Shown here: positions 32,203 through 45,400 of the stretch, one piece after another | Layout: every line of letters starts with the position of its first letter | How positions within the stretch are numbered: the first letter of the stretch is position 1 | Made by a program: the position numbers and the translations under genes | NCBI GenBank assembly: GCA_963802945.1 | Contig: CAWDKY010000014.1 | Span: forward strand, 32,001-96,000 | DNA from: an uncultured delta proteobacterium | Lineage (GTDB): Bacteria; Desulfobacterota; RBG-13-43-22 | Reading direction: 5' to 3' | DNA length: 64,000 nt | The notes under the pieces: generated by a model | The model's database searches: none | What the model saw: the letters and a program-made list of their open reading frames with translations, nothing else | Told to the model about the DNA's origin: nothing

Positions 32203-32377
32203 TTGAAATTTGTAAAAAAAAATATATAATATTTAGTTTAAATATAAAAAAAATAAACCAATTCAACTAGTAACCTACCTAATTCATTAAATAAAATTAT
32301 TTGTCAGGTTCTGGGTTTCATTTTGTCCTGTTTTTCGTAAAAAAAATGGTTGAATATTTTTTTCAATAATTTATAAT
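32203..32377 (+). promoter_or_regulatory. Tandem sigma70 promoters of the tRNA-tuf operon
   Basis: TTGAAA(32203)-16-TATAAT(32225) and TTGAAT(32350)-16-TATAAT(32372) in AT-rich DNA. Confidence 0.65.
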
Positions 32378-32403
32378 AGAAAGGTTAATTTCAATGCTGT
32401 TTG

Positions 32404-32480
32404 GCCAGCGTAGCTCAGTTTGGTAGAGCGACTGATTTGTAATCAGTTGGTCGGGGGTTCGAATCCCTTCGCTGGCTCCA
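32404..32480 (+). tRNA. tRNA-Thr(TGT)
   Basis: Cloverleaf, loop TTTGTAA, CCA end. Confidence 0.95.
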
Positions 32481-32551
32481 GATAGGTTGTTACCGTAATA
32501 TATCATAACCATTTGATTTTTTTGCTGTAAATCTTGAGTTAATCCACATTG

Positions 32552-32636
32552 GGAGGGGTTCCCGAGCGGTCAAAGGGAACAGACTGTAAATCTGTCGGCC
32601 ATGCCTTCGGAGGTTCGAATCCTCCCCCCTCCACCA
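32552..32636 (+). tRNA. tRNA-Tyr(GTA)
   Basis: Loop CTGTAAA, long variable arm, CCA end. Confidence 0.95.
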
Positions 32637-32763
32637 GCTATGAAGGATATGGCAGTCATTGACGGGAAGACCGGCAATGCAAAAAGGATGTAGGAGATAG
32701 GGTTAAGTAGAGCCATATTGTTAAAACTACAGCCATAGGTTCTCTTTTCCTCAATCATGAAAA

Positions 32764-32839
32764 GCGGGAGTAGCTCAGTTGGCAGAGCGTCAGCCTTCCA
32801 AGCTGAGGGTCGCGGGTTCGAATCCCGTTTCCCGCTCCA
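32764..32839 (+). tRNA. tRNA-Gly(TCC)
   Basis: Loop CTTCCAA, CCA end. Confidence 0.95.
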
Positions 32840-32899
32840 ACAAAAAAGAACTATTTGTAAAATCGAACGCTAAAGGACAAATAGGTTAGATATAGCAGG

Positions 32900-32976
<77 letters not shown>

Positions 32977-33038
32977 GAACCATTAATGGATGTTTTCAGT
33001 CCAAGGATTAAATTTTTAACCAAAAGGGAGGCGGGGAG

Positions 33039-34238
33039 ATGTCGAAGAAGAAATTTGAGCGGACGAAGCCGCATGTGAATGTAGGGACGATAGGGCATAT
33101 AGATCATGGGAAGACGACGTTGACGGCGGCGATCACGTTATGTTTATCGAAGGTAGGGATGGCGAGTTATGTGCCGTTTGACCAGATAGACAAGGCGCCG
33201 GAGGAGAAGGAACGAGGGATCACGATAGCGACGGCGCACGTGGAGTATGAGACGAAGAAACGGCATTATGCGCATGTGGATTGTCCGGGGCATGCGGATT
33301 ATATTAAGAACATGATCACCGGAGCGGCGCAGATGGACGGAGCGATTTTAGTGGTCGGGGCGGATGACGGGCCGATGCCGCAGACGAGGGAGCATATTTT
33401 ATTGGCGCGGCAGGTTGGGGTGCCGTATATCGTGGTTTTTTTGAACAAGACGGACATGGTGGATGATCCGGAATTGATAGAGCTGGTGGAGTTAGAGTTA
33501 AGGGAGTTATTGACCAAGTATGAATTTCCTGGGGACGAGATACCGATCATCAAGGGATCGGCGTTGAAGGCCTTGGAATGCGGGTGTGGGAAAGAGGAAT
33601 GCAACAACTGCAGGCCGATATTGGAATTGATGGATGCGGTGGACAAGTTTATCCCGGAGCCGGTGAGGGATATAGAGAAGCCGTTTTTGATGCCGGTGGA
33701 GGATGTGTTTAGTATATCTGGGCGCGGGACGGTAGTAACGGGCCGAGTGGAACGAGGGCAGGTGAAGGTTGGAGAGGAAGTGGAGATTATCGGGATCCGG
33801 CCGACGGCCAAGACGATCTGTACCGGGGTGGAGATGTTTCGGAAGACGTTGGACCAGGGGCAGGCGGGAGACAATCTGGGGTTATTGCTTCGGGGGACGA
33901 AGCGGGACGAAGTGGAACGGGGCCAGGTGGTGGCCAAGCCGGGGAGCATCACGCCGCACACCAAGTTTAAGGCCGAGGCGTATATATTGACCAAGGAAGA
34001 AGGGGGCCGGCACACGCCGTTTTTCAATGGGTACCGGCCGCAGTTTTATTTTCGAACGACGGACGTGACGGGAGTGGTGACGTTACCGGAAGGGGTGGAG
34101 ATGGTGATGCCTGGGGACAATGTCTCGGTGGAGATATCGTTGATCACCCCGATTGCCATGGAGAAGGAGCTTCGTTTTGCCATCCGGGAAGGGGGCCGCA
34201 CGGTCGGCGCCGGCGTCATCTCGGAGATTATCGAATAA
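33039..34238 (+). CDS. tuf: Elongation factor Tu (copy 1)
   Basis: [26 protein letters not shown]. Confidence 0.99.
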   Translation: MSKKKFERTKPHVNVGTIGHIDHGKTTLTAAITLCLSKVGMASYVPFDQIDKAPEEKERGITIATAHVEYETKKRHYAHVDCPGHADYIKNMITGAAQMDGAILVVGADDGPMPQTREHILLARQVGVPYIVVFLNKTDMVDDPELIELVELELRELLTKYEFPGDEIPIIKGSALKALECGCGKEECNNCRPILELMDAVDKFIPEPVRDIEKPFLMPVEDVFSISGRGTVVTGRVERGQVKVGEEVEIIGIRPTAKTICTGVEMFRKTLDQGQAGDNLGLLLRGTKRDEVERGQVVAKPGSITPHTKFKAEAYILTKEEGGRHTPFFNGYRPQFYFRTTDVTGVVTLPEGVEMVMPGDNVSVEISLITPIAMEKELRFAIREGGRTVGAGVISEIIE

Positions 34239-34354
34239 ATAAATCAGGCCGAAGACTGAAGACCAAAGGCAGAAGGTTTCATAAAACTTATTACATTTTT
34301 CCTTCAGTCTAATGGCTTCAGCCTTTAGCTTGGTTTATAAAGTTAGGATCAATT

Positions 34355-34504
34355 ATGCGTGAAATAATCATTTTATCCTGTACCGAATGTAAAAGAAAAA
34401 ATTATACCACCACCAAGAATAAAAAGAAAACCCCGGACAAATTAGAGTTTAAAAAATACTGTCCTTCTTGCCAGAGCCACACAGCGCACAAGGAAACCAA
34501 ATAG
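34355..34504 (+). CDS. rpmG: 50S ribosomal protein L33 (Zn type)
   Basis: Hand-translated [49 protein letters not shown]. Confidence 0.95.
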   Translation: MREIIILSCTECKRKNYTTTKNKKKTPDKLEFKKYCPSCQSHTAHKETK

Positions 34505-34530
34505 GTTCAAGGGGTGATGTCTGGTCATAC

Positions 34531-34607
34531 AGGCCAGTAGCTCTAACGGTTAGAGCACCGGACTCCAAATCCGGGTGATGGGGGTTCGAATCCCTCCTGG
34601 CCTGCCA
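34531..34607 (+). tRNA. tRNA-Trp(CCA)
   Basis: Loop CTCCAAA, CCA end; lies between rpmG and secE. Confidence 0.95.
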
Positions 34608-34639
34608 TTTATTTACGGAATTTAATATGTAAGAGGTCC

Positions 34640-35038
34640 TTGGAAAACATGAAGAAGGTCAAGACGAAGAAGAAACATGTGTTGGGCGATTCCGAAACCA
34701 AGCCCGTAGAAAAAGGGAACAGGCTAGGTCAAGAAGGCGAGATTTCGATTGTGCCCAAAGGGAAAGATAAAGGAAATCTGAAAAAGTTGGGTCCAAAAGA
34801 AGACACGGAAGAAGGACTGGTCGCCAAGTGGGTAGAGAAAAACCAATGGGTAGGTCAGGTCAGAGATTTTTTTCGAGAAGTTCGCATTGAACTGAAAAAG
34901 GTGACCTGGCCTTCCAGAAAAGAGACGATCGCGGCCACCGGCATGGTGATTATTTTGTCCGTTCTGGTCGCTTTTTTCCTGGGTATTTTGGATATAGGGC
35001 TATCCAAGGCAGTGGGATTTTTATTAAAAAGATCATAG
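34640..35038 (+). CDS. secE: Preprotein translocase SecE
   Basis: FFREVRIELKKVTWPSRKE plus one TM helix; precedes nusG. Confidence 0.93.
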   Translation: MENMKKVKTKKKHVLGDSETKPVEKGNRLGQEGEISIVPKGKDKGNLKKLGPKEDTEEGLVAKWVEKNQWVGQVRDFFREVRIELKKVTWPSRKETIAATGMVIILSVLVAFFLGILDIGLSKAVGFLLKRS

Positions 35039-35056
35039 GGTAAAAAGGCGGGACCT

Positions 35057-35587
35057 GTGGAACATAAATGGTATATTGTTCACACCTATTCCGGTTTTGA
35101 GCACAAGGTAAAGCTGGCATTAGAGGAGCATATCAAATCCCTCGGGAAAGAAGATTTATTTTCCGATATCCTGGTCCCCACCGAAAAGGTGGTGGAACTG
35201 GTCAAAGGGGAACGGAAGACCTCTTCACGTAAATTTTATCCGGGTTATATTCTGGTCCGTATGGAACTTAATGATGAGACCTGGCATTTGGTGAAAGATA
35301 CCCCTAAGGTAACCGGATTTATAGGTGAAAAAAACAAACCTGTTCCTATCCCCGATGCCGAGGCCCAGAAGGTCATTGAACAGATGGCCGAAGGGGCCAG
35401 CAAACCCAAACCTAAATTCTTTTTTGAAGAGGGAGATGAAGTTCGGGTAATCGACGGCCCTTTTTCCAATTTTAACGGAGTGGTTGAAGAGGTTAAGCCG
35501 GATAAGGGGAAGATCAAGGTGTTGATCAGTATCTTCGGCCGTTCCACCCCGGTTGAACTCGAATTTGTTCAGGTGGCGAAGATGTAA
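35057..35587 (+). CDS. nusG: Transcription factor NusG
   Basis: [19 protein letters not shown] domain, [10 protein letters not shown]. Confidence 0.98.
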   Translation: MEHKWYIVHTYSGFEHKVKLALEEHIKSLGKEDLFSDILVPTEKVVELVKGERKTSSRKFYPGYILVRMELNDETWHLVKDTPKVTGFIGEKNKPVPIPDAEAQKVIEQMAEGASKPKPKFFFEEGDEVRVIDGPFSNFNGVVEEVKPDKGKIKVLISIFGRSTPVELEFVQVAKM

Positions 35588-35589
35588 AG

Positions 35590-35682
35590 GCAGAATCCAG
35601 AATCCAGAAGTCAGGATTCAGTATTAAACCTAAATAGAACTCATCGAATATTCTGACTTCTGGCTCCTGGATTCTGAATTCT
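35590..35682. repeat. Heptamer-periodic inverted-repeat element (nusG-rplK spacer)
   Basis: CAGAATC CAGAATC CAGAAGT CAGGATT CAG ... ATTCTGA CTTCTGG CTCCTGG ATTCTGA ATTCT. Confidence 0.85.
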
Positions 35683-35711
35683 TTATTGATTAATGAAGGA
35701 GAACAGAAATA

Positions 35712-36134
35712 ATGGCTAAAAAAATCGTCGGCTATATTAAACTTCAGGTTGCAGCGGCCCAAGCCAATCCTTCCCCGCCGATAGGGCCGGCCCTGGGTCA
35801 ACACGGAGTTAATATCATGGAGTTTTGTAAGGCCTTTAATGCCCGGACCCAAGGTCAGGAAGGCATGATTATTCCGGTGGTGATCACCGTTTTTTCCGAC
35901 CGGTCGTTTACCTTTATCACCAAGACCCCGCCGGCATCGATATTATTAAAAAAGGCTGCTCAGATAGCCAAAGGTTCTAAAATTCCTAATCGTGAAAAGG
36001 TCGGTAAGGTCAGCCCGACGCAAATCGAAGAAATTGCAAAACTCAAAATGCCTGATTTAAATGCCAACACCCTGGAAGCAGCCAAGAAAATTATTGAAGG
36101 GACAGCGCTAAGTATGGGGCTTGAGATTGGCTAA
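35712..36134 (+). CDS. rplK: 50S ribosomal protein L11
   Basis: [15 protein letters not shown]. Confidence 0.98.
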   Translation: MAKKIVGYIKLQVAAAQANPSPPIGPALGQHGVNIMEFCKAFNARTQGQEGMIIPVVITVFSDRSFTFITKTPPASILLKKAAQIAKGSKIPNREKVGKVSPTQIEEIAKLKMPDLNANTLEAAKKIIEGTALSMGLEIG

Positions 36135-36162
36135 GATTTATAGAGAGGTGGGTTAGAACATT

Positions 36163-36867
36163 ATGCCGGAAAGAGGAAAAAAATATCAGAAAGCCGTTGA
36201 CCAGCTTGATCGAACCAAACGATACCCTCTGGAAGAAGCGGTTCAGTTGGCCGTGTCGTCTTCTTTTTCCCGTTTTGATGAAACCGTGGATATGGCGGTT
36301 CGATTGGGGGTTGATCCCCGTCATGCCGATCAAATGGTGCGTGGGGCCGTCGTCTTGCCTAACGGGACGGGAAAGACCATTCGGGTTCTGGTTTTTGCCA
36401 AGGGAGAAAAAGAAAGAGAGGCCTTAGAAGCCGGGGCCGACTTCGTTGGGGCCGAAGAGGTTGTTGAAAAAATCAAGAGTGGCTGGACGGACTTTGACAA
36501 GGCAGTAGCCACGCCAGATTTGATGGGTACGGTAGGAAAGATCGGGAAGATTTTAGGTCCCAGAGGCCTGATGCCCAATGCCAAGACCGGTACAGTGACC
36601 TTTGATGTAGGCAAGGCAATACGGGAGATCAAGGCCGGGAAGATTGAGTTTAGAGCGGAGAAAAATGGGATCGTCCATGCCCCGGTCGGGCGGGTTTCCT
36701 TTGGTGCGGAAAAACTGCTCCTCAATATCATGTCCTTTTTTGATACCTTGATGCGGCTCAAACCTTCCAGCAGCAAAGGGACCTATTTAAGGAGTGTAAC
36801 TATTTCAACCACCATGGGACCGGGGATCAAAATAGATCCATCGTTTGTTAAGGAAATAGCGAAATAA
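36163..36867 (+). CDS. rplA: 50S ribosomal protein L1
   Basis: [22 protein letters not shown]. Confidence 0.98.
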   Translation: MPERGKKYQKAVDQLDRTKRYPLEEAVQLAVSSSFSRFDETVDMAVRLGVDPRHADQMVRGAVVLPNGTGKTIRVLVFAKGEKEREALEAGADFVGAEEVVEKIKSGWTDFDKAVATPDLMGTVGKIGKILGPRGLMPNAKTGTVTFDVGKAIREIKAGKIEFRAEKNGIVHAPVGRVSFGAEKLLLNIMSFFDTLMRLKPSSSKGTYLRSVTISTTMGPGIKIDPSFVKEIAK

Positions 36868-36955
36868 TAAATAGCACAAAGCTCAAAGGTCAAAGCTCAA
36901 AAGAAAAGATAAAAATGTACTTTCAACTTTAAGCATTCAGGGATTTTGGTTTTAG

Positions 36956-37060
36956 GGTCGAAGACCGCAGGTGCTTTAAAAAGCTTAAATGAAACCATTT
37001 AGCCTGCCGAGACTCTGGGGATATGAACTCAGCCGTCGGCGTCACGGACTTTAAAACCTG
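36956..37060 (+). promoter_or_regulatory. Ribosomal protein L10 leader (autoregulatory RNA)
   Basis: AAGACCGCAGG...GCTTAA...CCTGCCGAG directly upstream of rplJ. Confidence 0.75.
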
Positions 37061-37094
37061 GATAAAAACGTAAAAAGAAAGGAGGAACCAATCG

Positions 37095-37615
37095 TTGAAA
37101 CGGGTGGAAAAGGAAAAGATCGTGACCGACCTCCATCAACGTTTAACCCAAGTTAAAGCCGTTTTTATTAGCGACTTCCGCGGGTTGAATGTCGAGTCGT
37201 TGAATCGCTTGCGCCGGGAACTGCGGCAGGGCGGCGATGAGTATCAGGTAGTGAAAAATACCTTGTTTAATCGGGCAGCCCAAGAAACCCCGATGACATC
37301 CTTGAAAGATCTCTTTGTCGGTCCTTGCGGGATCACCTTGAGCTATCAGGATCCAGTGGCCGCAGCCAAGGTCTTGGCGGACTTTGCCAAAGACCGAGAG
37401 GCCTTTGTTTTTAAGGGCGGGGTGCTGGAAGGAAAACCCATTTCCGGGGAAGCGATCCGGCAATTATCCAAGATGCCCCCCGGGAAGTATTGTTGGGACA
37501 GGTATTGTCTTCACTTATCGCCGTGCCGACGGGTTTTGTATCTGCCCTGGCCGGAATAATACAGAAATTTTTTAGAACCTTAAAGGCTATTGAAGAACAA
37601 AAGGCCAAGGCCTAA
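37095..37615 (+). CDS. rplJ: 50S ribosomal protein L10 (frameshift in C run ~37476-37482)
   Basis: DFRGLNV, VVKNTL; C-terminus REVLLGQV...KAIEEQKAKA* is in the shifted frame. Confidence 0.93.
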
Positions 37616-37640
37616 AAGAAATTAAGGAGGATTTATTACG

Positions 37641-38030
37641 ATGGCTGAGAAAATAACCAAAGAAAAAGTAATAGAGTTTATTTCAAATATGACGGTTTTA
37701 GAACTGTCGGAATTAGTCAAAGAACTGGAAGATAAATTCGGCGTTAAGGCTTCGGCACAGGTCATGGCCGTGGCCGGTATGGCCCAAGCCCCGGCTGAAG
37801 CAAAGGCCGTGGAGGAACAAACGGAATTTTCTGTGATCATCACCGGGGTGGGGGACAAAAAGATCCAGGTGATTAAGGAAGTTCGGGCCATTACCAGCCT
37901 GGGACTGAAGGAGGCCAAGGACGCGGTGGAGAGTCTGCCGAACACCATTAAAGAAGGGGTCTCCAAAGAAGAAGCCGAAAAGGTGAAAAAACAACTGGAA
38001 GAGGCCGGCGCGACGGTAGAAATAAAATAA
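37641..38030 (+). CDS. rplL: 50S ribosomal protein L7/L12
   Basis: [22 protein letters not shown]. Confidence 0.98.
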   Translation: MAEKITKEKVIEFISNMTVLELSELVKELEDKFGVKASAQVMAVAGMAQAPAEAKAVEEQTEFSVIITGVGDKKIQVIKEVRAITSLGLKEAKDAVESLPNTIKEGVSKEEAEKVKKQLEEAGATVEIK

Positions 38031-38191
38031 AAAAAAACAAAAAGGATTCCACATTTATAGATATTAAAGGAATCAAAGATTCAATTCCACGGGCATGGTA
38101 TACAGTACAAGGTTAAAGGGAAAAGCTTAAACCGTAAGCCGTGTTCCGCGAAGTTTAAATAAATTTTTCCCACTATAACCAAGGAGCAAGA

Positions 38192-41100
38192 ATGAAGGAA
38201 CGGTCTATTCACAACGTTCGATTTCGGAAAAATTTTGGGCGTATTGAAAAAATCATCGACATTCCCAATTTAATCGATATGCAGAAGCAGTCCTACGAAA
38301 GGTTTCTGCAAAAAGATAAGGACCCTGAACAGCGGGACAAGGTGGGACTTCAAGGGGTATTTAAAAGTGTCTTCCCGATCAGAGACTTCAGCGGAATGTC
38401 CTCGCTGGAATTTGTCCGTTATTCTTTTGGAGAGGTCAAGTATGAGGTAGCTGAATGCCTTCAGAGAGGCATGACCTACGAAGTGCCGATGAAAATCACC
38501 GTTCGCCTCATTGTCTACGATCTAGACAAAGATACTGGAAGTCAGACGATCAGGGATATCAAGGAACAAGATATCTATTTTGGAACGATCCCCCTGATGA
38601 CCGACAAGGGGACGTTTATCATCAATGGCACGGAACGAGTGGTGGTCAGTCAACTTCATCGTTCCCCAGGAATCTTTTTTGATCATGATAAGGGGAAGAC
38701 CCACAGCAGCGGACGTTTGTTGTATTCGGCCAGGATTATCCCCTTAAGGGGATCCTGGATTGATCTGGAATTCGATGCCAAAAATATCGTCTACGTTCGT
38801 ATTGACCGCCGTCGCAAATTTCCGGTGACCATTTTATTAAAGGCCCTGGGATATACCAATCAGGACTTGTTGAATTTCTTTTATGAACGGGAACGGATCA
38901 CTATTGAAAACGGGAAGCTCAAGAGGGAAGTCAATCCCGATTTTTTGTTAGGGAAAAAGGCACCCCGTGATATTATTCATCCCCGGACCGGTGAGGTCAT
39001 AGCCAGGAAAAACAAAAAGATAAACAAAAGAATCGTCAAGATGCTTCAAGAGGCCAAGATAACCTCTCTAGCGGCTAAAATTGAAGATATTGAAGGGTTT
39101 TATCTGGCCGAGGATGTGGTTGATCCCGGGACAGGTGAAATCATTGCGATTGGTAATGAAGCCCTGACCAGGGAAAAGTTGGATCTGATCATCCACAGAA
39201 AGATTGCTCATCTTGATCTGCTTTTCATCGACGGTGTTAATGTCAGCTCTTCTCTCCGAGATACCTTGGTATTAGACAAGATTTCCAATACCGACGAGGC
39301 CATCATAGAAATCTATAAGAAATTGCGACCTAGCAATCCACCTACCCTGGAAGTAGCCAATAATTTTTTCCAGAACCTGTTTTTTAATGCAGAAAATTAT
39401 GACCTTTCCTCCGTGGGCCGACTCAAACTTAACCATCGGTTGGGACTTGATATCCCGTTAAACGAACGGACCCTACGCAAGGAAGATATCTTATTGACTA
39501 TCAAGAAGCTGATCGAACTCAAAGATTCCAATGGGTCGGTGGATGATATCGATCACCTCGGAAACCGGCGGGTTCGGGCCGTAGGGGAACTATTGGAAAA
39601 TCAATATCGCATCGGCCTGGTACGTATGGAGCGAACAATCAAAGAACGGATGACTTTACAGGAAATTGAAACCCTCATGCCCCATGATTTGATCAATCCC
39701 AAGCCGGTGGCGGCAGTGGTGAAAGAATTTTTTGGAACCAGCCAACTCTCTCAGTTCATGGACCAGACCAATCCCCTTTCGGAAATCACCCATAAGAGAC
39801 GGCTGAGTGCCTTGGGACCAGGGGGATTGACTAGAGAACGGGCTGGGTTTGAGGTCCGGGATGTCCATCCTACTCATTATGGACGGATTTGTCCGATAGA
39901 AACTCCTGAAGGTCCCAATATTGGTTTGATCGTATCCCTGAGTACCTATGCCCGGGTCAATGAATTTGGGTTCATTGAAACCCCTTATCTGACGGTCAAA
40001 GATGGGGTTGTTTCCAAGGAGGTCAATTTTTTAAGTGCCATGGATGAAAAGGATCTCAATATCGCTCAGGCCAATGTATTAGTGGATAGGTCGGGAAGGA
40101 TCATGGATTCCACGGTTTCCGCTCGGAGGGATGGGGAGTTCATCATGGTCAATCAAGAAGAAGAGCAGATTCACTTGATGGATGTTTCCCCCAACCAACT
40201 GGTCAGTGTAGCCGCCTCTCTGATCCCCTTTCTGGAAAACGATGATGCCAACCGGGCCTTGATGGGATCCAATATGCAGCGCCAGGCCGTTCCTCTATTG
40301 GCCTGCCGTGCCCCGATTATCGGGACCGGTATTGAGGAGGTAGTGGCCCGGGATTCAGGAGTCACCGTTGTGGCCAAACGTGACGGGATCGTTGAAGATG
40401 TGGATGCCGACCGGATTGTGGTCCGTTATTTTTCGGATAAAAAATCTGAAAAGGCCCTGGGGGCCAATGTGGAAATCTACAAGTTAATTAAATTCCAACG
40501 TTCGAATCAAAATACTTGTTTTAATCAAAAACCCATTGTTCTCAAAGGGGATGTTGTTGGCAAGGGGCAGGTTATCGCCGATGGACCAGCCACCGAGCGA
40601 GGGGAGCTGGCTTTGGGACGGAATGTTATGGTCGCCTTTATGTCCTGGGGTGGGTATAATTTTGAAGATTCGATCTTAGTGGGCGAACATTTAGTCAAAG
40701 ATGATGTTTTTACTTCTATTCACATTGAGGAATTTGAACTGATCGCCAGAGACACCAAACTGGGACGAGAAGAGATTACTCGGGATATCCCCAACCTTGG
40801 AGACGAATCCTTAAAAAACTTGGACGAAAGCGGGATTATAAGCATCGGGGCCGAAGTAACACCCGGAGATATCCTGGTGGGGAAGATTACTCCTAAGGGG
40901 GAGACCCAGCTTTCTCCTGAAGAAAAATTGCTTCGGGCTATCTTTGGAGAGAAGGCCGGTGATGTCAAGGATACTTCCTTGAGGGTCCCGCCGGGTATAG
41001 AGGGAATTGTTATTGGTGCCAATGTTTTTTCTCGAAAAGGAGTGGAACGGGATTCCCGGTCCAAGTCCATAGAAGAGGAAGAGATCTCCCGGATCATGAA

Positions 41101-42331
41101 AGACCAAAATGATGAAATCCAGATTGTTCAGCGGGAGGCCTTGCTTCGTTTAGTGGGGTTATTGGCCAGCAAAGTATCGGCCGGAACCATTAAAGAAGAC
41201 CGTAGCGGAAAAGTTGTGATATCTCGGGGTGAGAAATTTACGGCCGAACGACTGAGCAGGATCCCGGTAAAAAAATGGAAGGAACTCTCGGTTGCTAAAG
41301 GGAAAGAACTGAAAGAGGACGTAGATAAAATTATTAAAGATTATCAGGAACAGGTAAGTCTACTCAAGGAAAGCGCCGAAGGGAAGATCGCCAAACTAAA
41401 GAGAGGGGATGAATTACCACCGGGCGTGGTAAAAATGGTCAAGGTCTATGTGGCCGTAAAACGTAAACTCTCGGTAGGCGATAAAATGGCCGGCCGTCAT
41501 GGGAATAAAGGAGTCGTCTCTCGGATCCTTCCCACCGAAGATATGCCTTGTTTTGCTGACGGAACCCCAGTGGATATCGTCCTTAATCCCTTGGGGGTCC
41601 CTTCGAGGATGAATGTAGGCCAGGTTATGGAGACCCATTTGGGATGGGTTTCTCAGGAATTAGGTAAAAAGGTAGCCAAGTTGATGACTACCATAGGGAA
41701 GGATGGAGAAACCCGTCGTTTATTAAGAAAAATCTATGAATCCAAAAAAGTGGAAGAGTATTTAGGTAATCTGCCCGAAAAGTCTCTCCCTGTTTTAGCC
41801 AACCAGTTTCAAGAAGGAATCCATATGGCCACGCCGGTCTTTGATGGAGCAAAAGAAGAGGATATCCAGAGGCTGCTTAAATTAGCCGGGTTGCCGGAAA
41901 CAGGTCAGGCTATCCTCTATGATGGCCGGACTGGTCAGGCGTTTGATCGTCCGGTAACTGTAGGGGTCATGTATATGATGAAATTGCATCATTTGGTCGA
42001 TGATAAGATCCATGCCCGTTCCATAGGACCTTACTCTTTAGTCACCCAACAGCCCTTGGGTGGAAAAGCCCAATTCGGTGGACAACGTTTGGGGGAAATG
42101 GAGGTCTGGGCCATGGAGGCCTATGGAGCTGCCTTTACCTTGCAGGAATTTTTAACTGTAAAATCGGATGATGTGGTCGGCCGGACCCGGATGTATGAAA
42201 AAATCGTCAAGGGAGACAATGTGCTGGAGGCCGGGCTGCCTGAGTCCTTCAATGTCCTGGTGAAGGAATTACAAAGTTTGGGTCTGAATGTGGAACTTTT
42301 GGAGGGAGAACCTCAGCCGGAGCACCATTAA
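38192..42331 (+). CDS. rpoB: RNA polymerase beta subunit
   Basis: [47 protein letters not shown]. Confidence 0.99.
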   Translation: MKERSIHNVRFRKNFGRIEKIIDIPNLIDMQKQSYERFLQKDKDPEQRDKVGLQGVFKSVFPIRDFSGMSSLEFVRYSFGEVKYEVAECLQRGMTYEVPMKITVRLIVYDLDKDTGSQTIRDIKEQDIYFGTIPLMTDKGTFIINGTERVVVSQLHRSPGIFFDHDKGKTHSSGRLLYSARIIPLRGSWIDLEFDAKNIVYVRIDRRRKFPVTILLKALGYTNQDLLNFFYERERITIENGKLKREVNPDFLLGKKAPRDIIHPRTGEVIARKNKKINKRIVKMLQEAKITSLAAKIEDIEGFYLAEDVVDPGTGEIIAIGNEALTREKLDLIIHRKIAHLDLLFIDGVNVSSSLRDTLVLDKISNTDEAIIEIYKKLRPSNPPTLEVANNFFQNLFFNAENYDLSSVGRLKLNHRLGLDIPLNERTLRKEDILLTIKKLIELKDSNGSVDDIDHLGNRRVRAVGELLENQYRIGLVRMERTIKERMTLQEIETLMPHDLINPKPVAAVVKEFFGTSQLSQFMDQTNPLSEITHKRRLSALGPGGLTRERAGFEVRDVHPTHYGRICPIETPEGPNIGLIVSLSTYARVNEFGFIETPYLTVKDGVVSKEVNFLSAMDEKDLNIAQANVLVDRSGRIMDSTVSARRDGEFIMVNQEEEQIHLMDVSPNQLVSVAASLIPFLENDDANRALMGSNMQRQAVPLLACRAPIIGTGIEEVVARDSGVTVVAKRDGIVEDVDADRIVVRYFSDKKSEKALGANVEIYKLIKFQRSNQNTCFNQKPIVLKGDVVGKGQVIADGPATERGELALGRNVMVAFMSWGGYNFEDSILVGEHLVKDDVFTSIHIEEFELIARDTKLGREEITRDIPNLGDESLKNLDESGIISIGAEVTPGDILVGKITPKGETQLSPEEKLLRAIFGEKAGDVKDTSLRVPPGIEGIVIGANVFSRKGVERDSRSKSIEEEEISRIMKDQNDEIQIVQREALLRLVGLLASKVSAGTIKEDRSGKVVISRGEKFTAERLSRIPVKKWKELSVAKGKELKEDVDKIIKDYQEQVSLLKESAEGKIAKLKRGDELPPGVVKMVKVYVAVKRKLSVGDKMAGRHGNKGVVSRILPTEDMPCFADGTPVDIVLNPLGVPSRMNVGQVMETHLGWVSQELGKKVAKLMTTIGKDGETRRLLRKIYESKKVEEYLGNLPEKSLPVLANQFQEGIHMATPVFDGAKEEDIQRLLKLAGLPETGQAILYDGRTGQAFDRPVTVGVMYMMKLHHLVDDKIHARSIGPYSLVTQQPLGGKAQFGGQRLGEMEVWAMEAYGAAFTLQEFLTVKSDDVVGRTRMYEKIVKGDNVLEAGLPESFNVLVKELQSLGLNVELLEGEPQPEHH

Positions 42332-42475
42332 TTAATCTAAAAAACAGGATTCAAGGGATCCCGCTAAGTATTCGTTCGGAGTTCGGAGTAATGAGTTTTT
42401 AACCCCGAACTCCGAACTTCGAACTTTCTTTTAAAAACCTATTTGGCTGTTAACCCAAATTTTTAGGAGTACACT

Positions 42476-45400
42476 TTGGAAGATTTAATCAGTTACTTTG
42501 CCAAACCCAAAGACCCGTTGAATTTTTATGCGGTAAAAATTTCTCTGGCCTCTCCGGAAAAGATCCACGAATGGTCGCATGGCGAGGTGAAAAAGCCGGA
42601 GACCATAAACTACCGAACCTTCAAGCCGGAAAGGGACGGGCTTTTTTGTGCCAAGATATTCGGCCCGACCAAGGATTATGAGTGTAATTGCGGAAAATAT
42701 AAACGGATGAAACACCGGGGAGTAGTTTGTGAAAAATGCGGAGTGGAGGTCATACAGTCCAAAGTACGACGTGAACGGATGGGACATATTGAACTGGCCA
42801 GCCCCGTAGCCCATATCTGGTTTCTAAAGAGTTTACCCAGTAAAATAGGTACCCTTTTGGATATGACCCTCAAGGAATTGGAAAAAGTTCTTTATTTTGA
42901 AGCCTATATTGTTTTGGAATCCAAGGAACCTTCTTTGCCGGTTCGAAGTCTGTTCTCAGAAGAACGCTATCACCAGATCAAAGAGGAATTTGGGGACCGG
43001 GTGGTGGCAGGCATTGGGGCCGAAGCCATCCAGGTTCTGCTAAAAAATTTGGATTTGGAAGCCGAATCCAAAGCCCTGCGGGAAGAAATCCAAACAACCC
43101 ATTCTGAAGCAAAAAAGAAAAAAACCATCAAGAGGCTTAAAATTATTGATTCTTTTAGGGATTCAGGAAACAGACCTGAATGGATGGTTATGAAGGTTAT
43201 ACCGGTTTTACCACCGGACCTCAGGCCCTTGGTTCCCCTGGATGGCGGACGTTTTGCCACCTCCGATCTGAACGATCTTTATCGAAGGGTCATCAATCGG
43301 AACAATCGCTTGAAACGGCTCCTGGAGCTTAACGCCCCGGATATCATCATTCGAAATGAAAAACGGATGCTTCAGGAGGCCGTGGATGTCCTCTTTGATA
43401 ACGGCCGACGTGGGAAGGTGATCACCGGGACCAATAAGCGCCCTCTGAAGTCTTTGAGCGATATGCTGAAAGGCAAACAAGGGCGATTTCGGCAAAACCT
43501 GTTAGGGAAACGGGTCGATTATTCCGGCCGTTCGGTGATCGTTATTGGGCCTAATTTGCGGCTGCATCAGTGTGGTCTCCCGAAAAAAATGGCCCTGGAA
43601 CTGTTTAAGCCTTTTATTTATCACCGGCTGGAAGAAAAAGGCTATGTGTCCACTATTAAAACAGCTAAAAAGATGGTGGAAAAGGAGACCCCAGAGGTTT
43701 GGGATACCTTGGATGAAGTGGTGCGCGAATATCCGGTCCTGCTTAACAGAGCTCCGACCCTGCACCGCCTTGGGATTCAGGCCTTTGAACCGATTTTGGT
43801 TGAGGGGAAGGCTATCCAGTTGCACCCTCTGGTATGTACGGCCTTTAATGCCGATTTTGATGGAGACCAGATGGCTGTCCATATTCCCTTGTCCATCGAA
43901 GCCCAAATCGAAGCCCGTGTTCTGATGATGTCCACCAACAACATCCTTTCCCCGGCCAATGGGGAACCGATCATCGTCCCCTCTCAGGATATTATTTTGG
44001 GTTTGTACTATATGACGAGGGACCGGATGTTTGCTAAAGGGGAAGGGAAGATTTTTTATGGGCCGGAAGAGGCACGTATAGCCTATGACGCCGGTCAGGT
44101 GGAACTTCAAGCCAGGATCAAAGTCCGTCTTTCCGGCCGGTTGGTCGATACCACGGTTGGACGGGTACTCTTAGGGGAAGTGTTGCCCCCAATGCTTCCC
44201 TTTGATCGCATCAACCGGGTCATGACCAAAAAAGAGGTTCGAAAACTGATCGATGACTGTTATCGGAAGGCCGGGATTAAGGAGACCGTTCTTTTGGCCG
44301 ACCGGTTAAAAGATATTGGATTCCATTATGCAACTTTATCGGGGATTTCGATTTCCGTTTCGGATATGAAGATTCCTCCTCAAAAAAAGGAAATATTGAA
44401 AAAAGCCGAAGAAGAGGTTCGAAGAGTTGAGAAACAATACATCGACGGATTGATTACCGACGGTGAAAAATACAATAAATTAGTTGATATATGGGCCAAG
44501 GCCAGTGAAGACGTGGCTCTGAAGATGATGCAGGTTATGGGCTCAGAAATGTCCACCAGCAAGGGCCATAAGGATCTCCAGGTTGCCAGTTTTAATCCCA
44601 TCTTTATGATGACCGATTCTGGAGCTAGGGGAAGCAAGGATCAGATGAGACAATTGGCGGGAATGCGCGGCTTAATGGCCAAACCCTCGGGGGAGATCAT
44701 CGAGACGCCGATTCGGGCCAATTTCCGAGAAGGGTTGAGTGTCTTGGAGTACTTTATTTCCACCCACGGGGCCAGAAAAGGGTTGGCCGATACGGCCCTT
44801 AAAACAGCCAATTCAGGATACCTGACCCGACGGCTGGTGGATGTGTCCCAAGACGTGATCATCAATGAAATCGATTGCGGGACTATTGATGGGATTTTTG
44901 TCGAATCCCTGCGGGAAGCCGGAGAAGTGATTCAACCTATCGGGGAGCGCGTTTTAGGCCGAGTCACTTTGGAAGATATCAAAGATCCCTTTACCGATGA
45001 GGTGCTGGTTGCGGTCGGCAACGAAATCGATGAGGCGGCAGTAGAACGGATTGAAGAAGCCGGTATTGAGAAAGTTCTGATTCGGTCCGTGTTGACCTGT
45101 CAAAGCGCCCGAGGGGTTTGTGCCAAGTGTTATGGCCGGGACCTGGCCTATGGAAAACAGGTCGATATTGGGCAGGCTATCGGCATTACTGCTGCCCAGT
45201 CCATCGGAGAACCGGGGACCCAGTTGACCATGCGGACCTTCCATATAGGCGGTGTGGCCAGCAAACGGGGGGAACAAACCACCCTTCAATCCCGAACCGA
45301 AGGCAAGGTCCAGTTTGTCCAACTTCATACCGTTCAAAACCGGGACGGAGATCTGGTGGTGATGAACCGAAACGGGCATATTTGTATCCTGGATGCAAAG

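Noticed and set aside
33299-34027. 242-aa antisense ORF within tuf (also 50057-50785)
   Set aside because: Shadow ORF arising from the codon bias of the tuf strand; no independent motifs.
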